Assembly: GCA_964637135.1 (NCBI GenBank)
Contig: CAZWTX010000012.1
Span: forward strand, 1-63,242
Length of the DNA: 63,242 nucleotides
Reading direction: 5' to 3'
From: an uncultured Methanospirillum sp.
GTDB taxonomy: Archaea; Halobacteriota; Methanomicrobia; Methanomicrobiales; Methanospirillaceae
The position numbers were made by a program, and so were the translations under genes. Position 1 is the stretch's first letter, and every line of letters starts with the position of its first letter. The notes beneath the pieces were generated by a model. That model ran no database searches. It worked only from the letters and a program-made list of their open reading frames with translations, and was not told the DNA's origin. Shown piece after piece: positions 19,950 through 30,269 of the stretch.

Positions 19950-20735
19950 ATGAAGATTGCTGTTTGTGGAAAGGGCGGGGTGGGAAAGACCTTCATCGCC
20001 GGAACGCTTGCAACCACCTTCAGGGAGACCGGCAACCGCGTTCTTGCCATCGATGCTGACACATCACCAAACCTGGGCTTAACCCTCGGGCTGACTCCCC
20101 GCGAGGCAGAAGAGATAATTCCGATATCAGAGAATGATAACCTCATCCGTGAAAAGACCGATACAGGGTATCCCGGGGTATACCGGCTTACATTCTCAGT
20201 GGATGATATCATCAGGGATTATGCTGTTCCCACGCCCTCCGGAGTGACCCTCGTTGTCATGGGTACGGTCAGGACAGCAGGAGGCGGATGTGCTTGTCCT
20301 GCCCATAACATGATGAGATCGGTTCTCAGCCATCTGGTCACCCTCAAAGACGAGGTGGTCATCATGGACATGGAAGCCGGAATAGAACATCTCGGAAGAG
20401 GAACGGCTGAACATGTGGACATCCTCCTGATCGTATCAGATGCCCACCAGGCATCGCTTCTTACCGCAGGACGGATTGCCGGACTGATGAGACAATCAGG
20501 AGTAAAAGAGATGATGCTCATCGGGAACAAAGTTACTGACGATGAGATGGGGGATCGGATACAGAAGTATGCACATGAACATCATATCCGGGTCGGAGCA
20601 GTCATTCCATTCGATCACGGGGTGATGCAGTCCGGGATATCAGGTCATACCCATCCGGGGATTCTGTCGCCAGCCCCCCTTGCCCTGAAACAATTCGCAT
20701 CAGACCTTGAAAGAGAATACCGGGGGAGATCATGA
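19950..20735 (+). CDS. cooC: CooC/AcsF-type Ni-insertion ATPase (CODH/ACS maturation)
   Basis: GKGGVGKT, GGGCACP, DMEAGIEHLGRG. Confidence 0.92.
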   Translation: MKIAVCGKGGVGKTFIAGTLATTFRETGNRVLAIDADTSPNLGLTLGLTPREAEEIIPISENDNLIREKTDTGYPGVYRLTFSVDDIIRDYAVPTPSGVTLVVMGTVRTAGGGCACPAHNMMRSVLSHLVTLKDEVVIMDMEAGIEHLGRGTAEHVDILLIVSDAHQASLLTAGRIAGLMRQSGVKEMMLIGNKVTDDEMGDRIQKYAHEHHIRVGAVIPFDHGVMQSGISGHTHPGILSPAPLALKQFASDLEREYRGRS

Positions 20736-21490
20736 AAACACTGGTGAGCATGGGAAGGGGAGGTACCGGAAAGACCAGTTTCATTGCCCTGGCTGCAGAT
20801 TATTTCATCAGGAATGGAGAAAAACCACTCCTTCTTGTCGATCTTGACCCTGACCAGAGTCTCGGAGAGATGATAGGCATCAATCTCGAAGAGGCAGGAA
20901 AAAAGAGTATAGCAGAGCTCCTTGAGGATACATTCATCGGGAAAGGCGGAACAACAGTCGGAACAGCGCCATCTGACCGGATAGAAGACAGGATCTGGAA
21001 AGACGGGCTCTATGAAGATGACTCATTTGATTTTCTCGCCATCGGAACAAAATGGATTGAAGGTTGTTATTGTATGCCTGATGCTGCATTGAAACAGGCA
21101 TTAAACCGCCTCTCAAAACAATACCGCTATGTCATCGTGGATGCTCCCGGGGGCCTTGAGCACCTGAACCGGCGGATCACCGAAAATGTGGATGACATCT
21201 TTGATATTCTCGGACCGTCTCATAAATCGCTCGCGAATCTTGACCGGGCAAACCGGGTGATCCGCGAATCAGGAATCACGTTCTCAAACCTTTACACCGT
21301 CGGGGGCCATATCTTTCCGGAAGAGATGGAGAAAAACCTCATAAAAACCGGGACCCGATACCTCGGGGCGATTGCATCAGATCCCGAAATTGCCCGCCGG
21401 AACATGGCAGGAGAATCATTACTTGGCATGGATCCCGGTTCACCCGGCCCGGTATCGGTGGCAGCGATTCTCAGGGCCGCAGGGTACTGA
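20732..21490 (+). CDS. cooC: Second CooC/AcsF-type ATPase
   Basis: GRGGTGKT, EGCYC, DAPGGLEHLNR. Confidence 0.9.
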   Translation: MKTLVSMGRGGTGKTSFIALAADYFIRNGEKPLLLVDLDPDQSLGEMIGINLEEAGKKSIAELLEDTFIGKGGTTVGTAPSDRIEDRIWKDGLYEDDSFDFLAIGTKWIEGCYCMPDAALKQALNRLSKQYRYVIVDAPGGLEHLNRRITENVDDIFDILGPSHKSLANLDRANRVIRESGITFSNLYTVGGHIFPEEMEKNLIKTGTRYLGAIASDPEIARRNMAGESLLGMDPGSPGPVSVAAILRAAGY

Positions 21491-21742
21491 TTACCGGACG
21501 GGGTTTTACCGCCCCCATTTTCCAGCAGTCATCCCGGGGTGCGTAAGAAGGATATCAGATCGATACCAATTATAAATATATACGGGAACCTGAGCAGGGT
21601 CTGACCAGCTCTTCTCCAGAAAAATGCCGATGATACACGCCTGGTTACGCAAAATGCGTCCCGGTTTGATCACCAGATCCGATCATCCTATCGTTCCCGC
21701 GAACAGGTACGACGAATACCCCCGTTTCACCGGCAGATCGAC

Positions 21743-24103
21743 GTGAACCGAAAGAATATTCATATCAACGTGAGTGAAGCAGCCAGCCAGGGCAGCTCAC
21801 TCAAGGATCTCTCCATCCACGTAGGCAGAGCCAGGAGTGATCTCTGGGATGGGAAGCAGGGACCCATGCCGTTCCCGGATCACACGGCCCTTCGTAACTG
21901 GGATCGACGACTTCTCTCGAAATACCGGCCTCTGTACCTTCCCTTCTGTGATCTCTGCTGTCTGTGCACCTACGGAAAATGTGATCTCTCCGGCGGAAAA
22001 AAGGGTGCCTGCGGGATCCGGATGGAAGCACAACAATCCCGTATGGTTCTCATCGCAACCTCCATTGGTGCTGCCACCCATGTCAGCCACGCCAGACATC
22101 TTGTTGATCACCTGATACACACCCACGGACGCCGGTTCCGCATCAATACCGGGAATGACACCATCAATCTTGAAACACCGCTGATCCGGCTGATATGCGG
22201 GCTGAAACCGGAGACGATCGGGGACCTTGAAGATGCTCTCGATTATGCGGAACGCCAGATCACTGACCTCCTTGCCGCTGCTCATACCGGCCAGGAGTCT
22301 GATCCGATCGACTTTGAATCGATGGTTTTCCATGCCGGAATGATCGATCACCTCGGGCTTGAGATCGCCGATACTGCCCAGATATCTGTTCTTGACCTTC
22401 CCCGGGCGGATCCACAGGCCAGCCTGGTGGAACTTGGTCTTGGTACGATCGAACGGAAAAAACCGGTAATCCTGGTCGTCGGACATAACGTGCCCCCGGC
22501 GGTCGATATTATTTCCTATGGCCGTTCACAGGGCCTGTCAGATGAGATTGAAGTCTCTGGGATCTGTTGTACTGCCATTGATCTCACCCGGTACGATCCC
22601 GGTGCTAAGATTGTCGGACCAATATCCTGGCAGCTCAGGTACATCAGAAGCGGGATTCCGGATGTCGTGGTCATGGATGAACAGTGTGTCAGGGCTGACC
22701 TGGTCGATGAGGCAGCAGCCATTGGATCACCTCTGATCGCAACCTCACCGAAGAACTGTGCCGGCCTTCCTGACCGGACCGGGGATAATCCCGATGATAT
22801 CGTCAGGGATCTTGTTTCCGGAGCAGTACCAGGAGTTCTGATCCTCGATCCACAGAAAGTAGGGGAAGTTTCGGTCAGGACTGCACGTGATCTCTTCACA
22901 ACCCGTCCGCGAAAAGAACGCCTGCCGTCACCGGAAGATCTTGAAACCCTCGCGGGAACATGTGGCGGGTGCCGGGAGTGCGAACGGACCTGCCCGGTTG
23001 AATCTCCGCTCGCGCAGGCAATCCAGGCATACAGTTCAGGAGACCGGGATCTCCTTGCAGATCTCTATGATACCTGCATCGGATGCGGACGATGCGAAGA
23101 CGTCTGCCCAAAAGCAATTCCGGTGCACAGCTGCATTATCGCGGCGGCCCGGAAAGCGATGGAATGCGAACGGTTCTCGGTCAGGGCAGGCCGGGGCGCA
23201 ATCCAGGATCTTGAGATCAGGGAAGTCGGCGGACCAATTGTCCTCGGTGAAATCCCCGGGGTGGTTGCATTCGTCGGGTGTGCGAACTTCCCGAACGGGG
23301 TCGCCGAAGTGGCAGAGATGGCACGTGAGTTTGCCAGAAGAAGGTACATCGTGCTTACATCCGGGTGCTCGGCAATGGCTATCGGGATGTACCGAAACGA
23401 GGACGGGCTGACCCCCTACGAGGAGTTTGGGGGCACATTCGATGCGGGCGGGATAATCAATGTCGGGTCGTGTGTTTCCAATGCCCATATCTCCGGAGCA
23501 GTGGTCAAGATCGCAAGTATCTTTGCTAAACGGGATCTCAGGGGCAATTATGCTGAGATCGCCGATTACGTACATAACCGGGTCGGGGCTGTCGGGATAG
23601 CCTGGGGAGCTATGTCCCAGAAAGCGGCCGCCATCGCTGCAGGGTTTGAACGGCTCGGAATCCCGGTCATTGTCGGACCACACGGATCTAAGTACCGGCG
23701 GATGCTTCTCGGTCGCAAGGATAAGCATAACGACTGGATGGTCACTGATACAAGGAGCGGAGAGGAGGTGTATGTCGGGCCGGTTCCCGAACATCTCTTC
23801 ACGACAGCCGCAACGGCAGGAGAAGCTATGGTGATGATTGCAAAACTCTGCATGCGACCGAATGACACGTCACGGGGGAGATCAATAAAACTGACTCATT
23901 ACGTGGACCTGTACAAACGCCATTACGGGAGCCTTCCTGATGACATTCCGTTGTTTATCAGGTCAGCTGCTGACATCCCGGTGACCATCAGGGAAGAGAT
24001 CCTCCCCCTCCTTGCAACGGAAGGGATTCAGGAACGACCGATCCCAAGTCCCACGATCTTCCCGGGGAAAAAGACCGTGACCGGAGGAACCCATGGCAGG
24101 TGA
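21743..24103 (+). CDS. cdhA: CO dehydrogenase/acetyl-CoA synthase complex alpha subunit
   Basis: CDLCCLCTYGKC; C-cluster ligand motifs GHN, GICCTA, DEQC, GCAN, SGCS, GSCVS; 2x[4Fe-4S] domain; GTG start. Confidence 0.97.
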   Translation: MNRKNIHINVSEAASQGSSLKDLSIHVGRARSDLWDGKQGPMPFPDHTALRNWDRRLLSKYRPLYLPFCDLCCLCTYGKCDLSGGKKGACGIRMEAQQSRMVLIATSIGAATHVSHARHLVDHLIHTHGRRFRINTGNDTINLETPLIRLICGLKPETIGDLEDALDYAERQITDLLAAAHTGQESDPIDFESMVFHAGMIDHLGLEIADTAQISVLDLPRADPQASLVELGLGTIERKKPVILVVGHNVPPAVDIISYGRSQGLSDEIEVSGICCTAIDLTRYDPGAKIVGPISWQLRYIRSGIPDVVVMDEQCVRADLVDEAAAIGSPLIATSPKNCAGLPDRTGDNPDDIVRDLVSGAVPGVLILDPQKVGEVSVRTARDLFTTRPRKERLPSPEDLETLAGTCGGCRECERTCPVESPLAQAIQAYSSGDRDLLADLYDTCIGCGRCEDVCPKAIPVHSCIIAAARKAMECERFSVRAGRGAIQDLEIREVGGPIVLGEIPGVVAFVGCANFPNGVAEVAEMAREFARRRYIVLTSGCSAMAIGMYRNEDGLTPYEEFGGTFDAGGIINVGSCVSNAHISGAVVKIASIFAKRDLRGNYAEIADYVHNRVGAVGIAWGAMSQKAAAIAAGFERLGIPVIVGPHGSKYRRMLLGRKDKHNDWMVTDTRSGEEVYVGPVPEHLFTTAATAGEAMVMIAKLCMRPNDTSRGRSIKLTHYVDLYKRHYGSLPDDIPLFIRSAADIPVTIREEILPLLATEGIQERPIPSPTIFPGKKTVTGGTHGR

Positions 24104-24647
24104 CGAGGCCTGGATTCGGGCAGAGACAGGAGGCACGAGACGGGCTGTGATCATCGATAAACCGACCGTTCTGGGAGCCATTATCAGGAAATCAGCCCGA
24201 CCGATCCTTATTCTCGGGGATGAACCCTTCACGAACCGGGAGTATGCCCCTCTGGCAACAGTGATAAAAAAACTCTCCTCGCGGATTCCGGTTGTCGCCA
24301 CATCACCACCGACAGGCCTGAAAGATGCAGGGATCACTCCGCTGAAGGTAACCGGTATCATGGATATCGTTCAACTGATCTGCGATCCTGCATGGAACGG
24401 GATTGACGGTAAGGGGAAGCACGATCTTGTCCTTCTGGGAGGTTTTTCTTATTCACTCGGGTGGATTATCCTCTCCGGACTGAAAAACGGGGCACAGGAA
24501 CTCAGGACCGTCACCTTGGACCCGCGGTACCATCCGAATGCATCCTGGTCAATGCCGAACCAGAAAAACCGTTCATGGGAAGATCTGCTGACTGAGGTAG
24601 CAGAAACCATTGCTGCTGAATCACCAGGAGAGAAGATCCATGTTTGA
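24093..24647 (+). CDS. cdhB: CODH/ACS complex epsilon subunit
   Basis: DPAWNGIDGKGKHDLV, YHPNASWS; lies between cdhA and cdhC. Confidence 0.92.
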   Translation: MAGDEAWIRAETGGTRRAVIIDKPTVLGAIIRKSARPILILGDEPFTNREYAPLATVIKKLSSRIPVVATSPPTGLKDAGITPLKVTGIMDIVQLICDPAWNGIDGKGKHDLVLLGGFSYSLGWIILSGLKNGAQELRTVTLDPRYHPNASWSMPNQKNRSWEDLLTEVAETIAAESPGEKIHV

Positions 24648-26037
24648 AGACATCCCGGTTGAGGTCGGACTTGTTCACGAAGGGGAACGGATCCGCAAGA
24701 ACGACATGCAGGTGGAACTCGGGGGACCGAAAGCCGACCGGAAGTTCGAACTCGTGCAGGTTCGGCCAGTCCAGGCCATGTCCGACGGGGAGATCCGGAT
24801 AGTCGGGGAGGATCTTTCCGGACTTGAACCAGGGAAGAGTTATCCGTTTGGAATCCTGGTACAGGTGGCCGGTGACCAGCTGGAAGAGGATCTTGAAGGA
24901 GTATTCGAACGCCGGATCCACGAATATATGAATTATATCCAAGGGGTCATGCACCTCAACCAGCGGTATGATATCTGGATTCGGATTGGCAAGAAATCCT
25001 TTGACAGGGGCCTCAATTCCTTCAAACCTATCGGAGAGGTTCTGATCAGGCTTTTCCGCTCTGAACTGCCCTTGATCGAACGGATCAGTATCACCTTCTA
25101 CACCGGTGGAGAGGAGTTTGATGGGATGTATGCCGGAGCGATGGAGCGGTATGAAAGTCGGGATGCACGGGCACGGGGACTTTCCGATGAAGAAGTCGAT
25201 ACGTTCTATGGGTGTGCCCTCTGCCAGTCATTTGCCCCATCCCATATCTGTGTAGTGACACCCCAGCGGTACGCAAATTGTGGCGCCATCTCCTGGTTTG
25301 ACGGCCGTGCCGCGGCACGAATGGATCCGGAGGGGCCAATCTTTCCGATCGGGAAGGGGGATCTTTTAGATGCAGCTCATGGTGAGTATGCCGGGGTGAA
25401 CGAGCATGCAAGAAAACGTTCGATGGGCGAAGTAAACCGTGTTTATCTATACTCTGCTTTCGGATACCCGCATACTTCCTGTGGATGTTTTGAGGCAATT
25501 GCTTTTTACATCCCTGAAGTGGATGGGTTCGGGATCGTCCATCGGAGGTTTCCGGGTCCGACCGTGAACGGACTCCCCTTCTCAAGCCTTGCCGACTCGA
25601 CCGCCGGCGGTCGCCAGGTGGAGGGATTCCACGGGCTTTCGATAGAATATATGCGATCGAAGAAGTTTCTTGTCGCAGACGGCGGGTGGGAACGGATCGT
25701 ATGGATCCCGTCAGAGATCAGGGATACTCTCACGGGGTTCATCCCTGATACCCTGGCACCGGCAATCGCCACCGAAAAGGATGTTATGGATGTTTCTTCA
25801 CTCCGTGACTTCCTTATCGGAAAGAACCACCCCGTTACAGAACGATGGAACAATGAGCATAAGCCCGGTGAACCTGCTGAACAATCCGGGAAATCCGGGT
25901 CACCGGTATTCGTCGCCAGGGAACTTCCGGTCATGGCCGGGGGGATGAAGATCATCCTGAAGAATGCACGGATCTATGCAGAACGGGTCATCATTCTTCC
26001 TGACGAACCTAAAAAGAGCGGAGGAGAGAACTCATGA
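24640..26037 (+). CDS. cdhC: Acetyl-CoA synthase (beta subunit)
   Basis: GERIRK, FYGCALCQSFAPSHIC, CGAISW, PHTSCGCFE. Confidence 0.97.
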   Translation: MFEDIPVEVGLVHEGERIRKNDMQVELGGPKADRKFELVQVRPVQAMSDGEIRIVGEDLSGLEPGKSYPFGILVQVAGDQLEEDLEGVFERRIHEYMNYIQGVMHLNQRYDIWIRIGKKSFDRGLNSFKPIGEVLIRLFRSELPLIERISITFYTGGEEFDGMYAGAMERYESRDARARGLSDEEVDTFYGCALCQSFAPSHICVVTPQRYANCGAISWFDGRAAARMDPEGPIFPIGKGDLLDAAHGEYAGVNEHARKRSMGEVNRVYLYSAFGYPHTSCGCFEAIAFYIPEVDGFGIVHRRFPGPTVNGLPFSSLADSTAGGRQVEGFHGLSIEYMRSKKFLVADGGWERIVWIPSEIRDTLTGFIPDTLAPAIATEKDVMDVSSLRDFLIGKNHPVTERWNNEHKPGEPAEQSGKSGSPVFVARELPVMAGGMKIILKNARIYAERVIILPDEPKKSGGENS

Positions 26038-27260
26038 GCGAAAAAGATGACGAGATTGCCGCACTTGTCAAACTTTTCGGCCCGGAAATCCTCACGCTTC
26101 TGACCGGGCGACGGATAGAACTGGAACATGTTGAGATCGAGATTGGGGAGCTTGAGCTCCATCTCCCCACAGGCGGGGGATTTTCGCTCATACCTGGCGG
26201 TCCGGGACAGGACAGAGCAGTCACGGACACCCGGCCGGACCGGTTAATCCCGGAGTCGTTCACCCCGACACCTGAAACCTATCCCGGCGCAATCCGGGAG
26301 GTCGAGATCGGCGCAACCCGGGGATCCGGGGGAACAAGGGGAAGTACCGTAACCGTCGGTGGCTCAACGTCACTTCCCTTCACCTTTCCGGGGATCAATC
26401 CCCCGCACCAGCCGGTGATCTCAATGGATGTCTTCGATATCAGGATGCCGTTTCCCCGGGCAATGAAGGAACATCTTGGCGAAGTCCTTGATGATCCGGG
26501 AGAATGGGCCCGGCTAAATGTGCAGAACGGGGCCGACATGGTTACGATTCACCTGATCTCTACCGATCCGCTCATGGGAGACAGGAGCCCGCGTGATGCG
26601 GCAGAGACCGTAGAAGAGATTCTTCAGGCAGTCGATGTCCCGGTTGTTGTCGGAGGGTGCGGCGATCCCCGGAAGGATGCGGAGACCTTCATCGAGGTGG
26701 CCGCAATGGCAGAGGGGGAACGGCTTCTCCTGAATTCGGTAACCACCGACATGGCAGACCTGAAAACCCTGGAACCGGTCGCTGCCGCAGCGAAACAGTA
26801 TGGTCACTGTCTGCTCGGGTTTACCGGGCTCGACCTGAACAGCGCCAAGGAACTGAACCGCCGGTTATACCAGTTTTTCCCCCCTGACCGGATCCTGATG
26901 GACCTGACAACGGTCGCACCCGGGTACGGACTTGAATATTCATTCTCCATCCATGAACGGGCACGTATCGCGGCGCTTATGGGAGATCGCGAACTGGCAC
27001 ATCCGACCCTTTCTGCCTGTACCAATGCCTGGGCTGCACGGGAAGCATGGATGAATCTTGGCCCGGTCTTTGATCGTCCGGATATCAGGGGCCCGCTCTG
27101 GGAGACGATAACGGCCCTGACCCTCCTGCTGGCAGGAGTGGACCTCTTCCTGATGATGCACCCACTGGCCGTATCAACCCTGCAGGAAGTCTCCACGTCT
27201 CTCATGAATGGAAAAGCAACAGCGACGACGATACCTGACTGGACCGGAGTGAGGATCTGA
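26034..27260 (+). CDS. cdhD: Corrinoid iron-sulfur protein small (delta) subunit
   Basis: IREVEIGAT...RG, GYGLEYS, NAWAAREAW, DLFLMMHP. Confidence 0.95.
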   Translation: MSEKDDEIAALVKLFGPEILTLLTGRRIELEHVEIEIGELELHLPTGGGFSLIPGGPGQDRAVTDTRPDRLIPESFTPTPETYPGAIREVEIGATRGSGGTRGSTVTVGGSTSLPFTFPGINPPHQPVISMDVFDIRMPFPRAMKEHLGEVLDDPGEWARLNVQNGADMVTIHLISTDPLMGDRSPRDAAETVEEILQAVDVPVVVGGCGDPRKDAETFIEVAAMAEGERLLLNSVTTDMADLKTLEPVAAAAKQYGHCLLGFTGLDLNSAKELNRRLYQFFPPDRILMDLTTVAPGYGLEYSFSIHERARIAALMGDRELAHPTLSACTNAWAAREAWMNLGPVFDRPDIRGPLWETITALTLLLAGVDLFLMMHPLAVSTLQEVSTSLMNGKATATTIPDWTGVRI

Positions 27261-27261
27261 C

Positions 27262-28698
27262 ATGGCAGCCGGGAGACAGAAAAAAGGGATCCGGGAGATC
27301 AGTCCGATCGATGTGTACCGGGCACTCCCCCGGACGAACTGCGGGGATTGTGGTGAAGCGAACTGTATGGCATTTGCCACCAGGGTCGTGAACGGAGAGA
27401 TCATGCCGGATGCATGTACCCCCCTCCTTGCAGCCGGGCAGGAAGAAGCCTTCTCAATCCTCCAGGATCTCCTTGCTCCCCCGGTCCGGACGGTGACCTT
27501 TGGCCGCCCCGGGCACCACATCACCATCGGCGGGAAACATGTCCTGTTCAGGCACGATTTTACATATCACAATCCCCCGCCGATCGCGATCGACATCGCC
27601 GACCACCTCTCTGATGAAGAGATCAGGACGAGGGTTACGGCAATATCACGGGTATCATACAACTATATCGGCAGGATCCTCTCGCTCGATGCAATTGCGG
27701 TCAGGGCTACCAGCGGCGATCCTGAACGGTTCAGGAAGGTCATTCGGCTGATTCGGGAAGAGACGCCAGTCCCTCTCATTCTCTGTGCACCTGATCCAGA
27801 GATCATGGCAGTAGGCCTTGCCGAATCCGGACTGGATCGTCCCCTGATATTTGCGGCCGGAACAGAAAACTGGAAAGAGATGGCTGATCTCGCAATCAGC
27901 CATCATTGTCCCCTCGTGGTATCCGCACCGGGCAGCCTTTCCATGTTGAGATCGCTTGCCCACACCCTCGCCAGGTACGGAGTAACCGAACTGGTCCTTG
28001 ATCCCGGAACCTCCCCTGATGAGGGAATTGCCGGAATGATCCTGGATAGAACCCTTATCAGGAGGGCAGCATGCAGGGAGGATGATATCCATCTCGGGTA
28101 CCCGATCCTGGGGACGCCCATCGCGGTCTGGGCAGGAGATGAACTCTCCCCGGAACTGAACCAGTGGAAAGAAGCATATACAGCCTCGATGCTCATCACC
28201 CGGCATACCGATCTTCTGATCATGCACAGCATTGAGGGCTGGGTTCTCCTCCCCCAGATGATCTGGCGGTTCGGACTGTATACCGACCCGAGAAGACCGG
28301 TCTCGGTGGATCCCGGGATCCGGACCTTCGGGGAGCCGGGGCCGGATGCACCGGTGCTCATTACCTCAAACTATGCTCTGACCTTCTTCACGGTCGAGTC
28401 AGATATCAAGGCCTGCAGGGCTGAATGTTACCTGGTGGTTATAGATACCGGCGGTCTCTCGGTTGAAGCGGCTGTTGCCGGCAGATACCTGACGGCAGAG
28501 AAGATCGCGTCGTCACTGACTGAGTCCGGAATAGCAGACCTGGTATCGCACCGGTTTCTCATTATTCCAGGCCTTGCCGCCCGCCTCTCCGGTGAGACTG
28601 AGGAGGCCTCCGGATGGCGGGTTATCGTCGGGCCGAGAGATTCGTCAGGGATCGGAAAAATGCTCCAGGAACGCTGGCCTGTACAGGAAGAAGGGTAA
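27262..28698 (+). CDS. cdhE: Corrinoid iron-sulfur protein large (gamma) subunit
   Basis: LPRTNCGDCGEANCMAFA, YTDPRRP, NYALTFFTVESD, GPRDSSGI. Confidence 0.97.
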   Translation: MAAGRQKKGIREISPIDVYRALPRTNCGDCGEANCMAFATRVVNGEIMPDACTPLLAAGQEEAFSILQDLLAPPVRTVTFGRPGHHITIGGKHVLFRHDFTYHNPPPIAIDIADHLSDEEIRTRVTAISRVSYNYIGRILSLDAIAVRATSGDPERFRKVIRLIREETPVPLILCAPDPEIMAVGLAESGLDRPLIFAAGTENWKEMADLAISHHCPLVVSAPGSLSMLRSLAHTLARYGVTELVLDPGTSPDEGIAGMILDRTLIRRAACREDDIHLGYPILGTPIAVWAGDELSPELNQWKEAYTASMLITRHTDLLIMHSIEGWVLLPQMIWRFGLYTDPRRPVSVDPGIRTFGEPGPDAPVLITSNYALTFFTVESDIKACRAECYLVVIDTGGLSVEAAVAGRYLTAEKIASSLTESGIADLVSHRFLIIPGLAARLSGETEEASGWRVIVGPRDSSGIGKMLQERWPVQEEG

Positions 28699-28704
28699 CC
28701 GGGA

Positions 28705-30177
28705 TTACCCAAGAAACCGGCGGATAGTTCCGGCCCGGAGAATAAGATCCTGCAAAGACCCGTTCTCGCAGACCGAGAGATGCCGTTGTACCTGCCGGGT
28801 GATCTCCACGTGTTCTTCATCAGGAGCATATTCAACCCAGTCGGGGAGTACCTGTGCCACTTCCGGCGGGAGATAGGGCGATTTTAGATCAAGGAACCGG
28901 GTTGCATCGGCAAGATCCTCGGCGAAATACCGGTACTGATCTCCCAGAAGATCCCGGTCCCTCTCTGTCAGGGCATTCAGCCCGAGGATCTCCGGGGGTA
29001 TGCCGAGGGAATACAGGGCAGCGGTCAGGGTGATTGCCCGTGGAAGGGATATCCCGTCCATGCTCCGCGAGTACCCGAAGAGACCGACATGGAGTTTTCT
29101 CTTCCGCCGACTCGGGATCAAGGAAGAGATCCGGTTTATAACCGGGGCAAGACCGATCAACTGTCGCCGGTATTCGGCAGAATAGCGATCTATCAGTTCC
29201 CCTGACGCGACACTGTCTATCGGACGTGCCGGTTCAATCTCCCGGTTCTCAAGGTACCTGACCGCCTCGGCCACATCATGCTGATGGTGATCGTATTTGA
29301 ATGCAGACTGTATGGTGAAGGTATATGCCCCGGCATACTCCTCGCAGACCCGGCGGACCGTATCGGGCCGTAAATTTCCCCTGAACGGGGCTGATCCCGC
29401 ACCGATGATCGGGTAGACCGGTATCCCGGTTTCTTCAGCCAGAAGATGGAAATTGTACAGGGCTATTTTGTTGAGGAGGACGGCTCCAACCTGTCCGTAA
29501 TTGACCGCGGGATCTGAACGGGCGAGGAAAACCCGCTGGTAATCGATCGTCTTGTCCTGAAAAAAACGGCGTACAATCTGGTCTGCCTGCTGCATTCCTT
29601 CACGATCCTCAAAGAGCGGGATCACCCGGATGCGATCCGGGTGGAATGAACCGATCCACTCAGCGATTGTCAAGTCCCGGCCCCCGAGACGCATATGCTG
29701 CTGTCCTATGACATAATCGCGATAATACTGGTAGATATTGTCAATCGCCATATGTGAGGTCGTCATCGGAAGGATAACCTCAAATATCGGGGGAATACCG
29801 TCCCCGTAAAACAGATTCGCAATGTCATATGACCGGGGGATCGACGAGAGGGTTTCGAGCAGAATCTTAGCTTCTGCCCGTTCGTACTCAGGATTTGGAA
29901 CCCTGAGCGTGAGGAACAGGTCTCTGCCCAGGTGATGCTCCTGGAAGAATTCAGGATACCGGCTGAGCAGTTTTTTGATCACATAATTATCAACCTCCTT
30001 CCCCTCGCAATCCCACATCTGTTCAGTACATCCAAGATGTGAATATACGTAATACGCCTCCTTTACCTCATCCTCGCCGATGAGTTCGGTATTCTCCGTG
30101 AAGAAGGGTGTCCTGACATTATCCGGGTGCTGGGTACTCATGGTCCGGGGAATGGGTCGTTCATTTTTTGTGATCAT
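28705..30177 (-). CDS. ppcA: Archaeal phosphoenolpyruvate carboxylase
   Basis: IPRTMSTQHPDN, MWDCEGK, FLARSDPA, GSAPFRG, LPRAI. Confidence 0.96.
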   Translation of the reverse strand: MITKNERPIPRTMSTQHPDNVRTPFFTENTELIGEDEVKEAYYVYSHLGCTEQMWDCEGKEVDNYVIKKLLSRYPEFFQEHHLGRDLFLTLRVPNPEYERAEAKILLETLSSIPRSYDIANLFYGDGIPPIFEVILPMTTSHMAIDNIYQYYRDYVIGQQHMRLGGRDLTIAEWIGSFHPDRIRVIPLFEDREGMQQADQIVRRFFQDKTIDYQRVFLARSDPAVNYGQVGAVLLNKIALYNFHLLAEETGIPVYPIIGAGSAPFRGNLRPDTVRRVCEEYAGAYTFTIQSAFKYDHHQHDVAEAVRYLENREIEPARPIDSVASGELIDRYSAEYRRQLIGLAPVINRISSLIPSRRKRKLHVGLFGYSRSMDGISLPRAITLTAALYSLGIPPEILGLNALTERDRDLLGDQYRYFAEDLADATRFLDLKSPYLPPEVAQVLPDWVEYAPDEEHVEITRQVQRHLSVCENGSLQDLILRAGTIRRFLG

Positions 30178-30269
30178 GACATTCCTTCTCACATCGTTCT
30201 ACAACGTGAAACCCTTTTCATATTATTCCGCACAGGACAGTATTTATCGGGGAAAGGAAATGTGATACT

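Noticed and set aside
23036..23794. 252-aa antisense ORF (and similar ones across cdhA-E)
   Set aside because: Shadow of the well-conserved cdhA.
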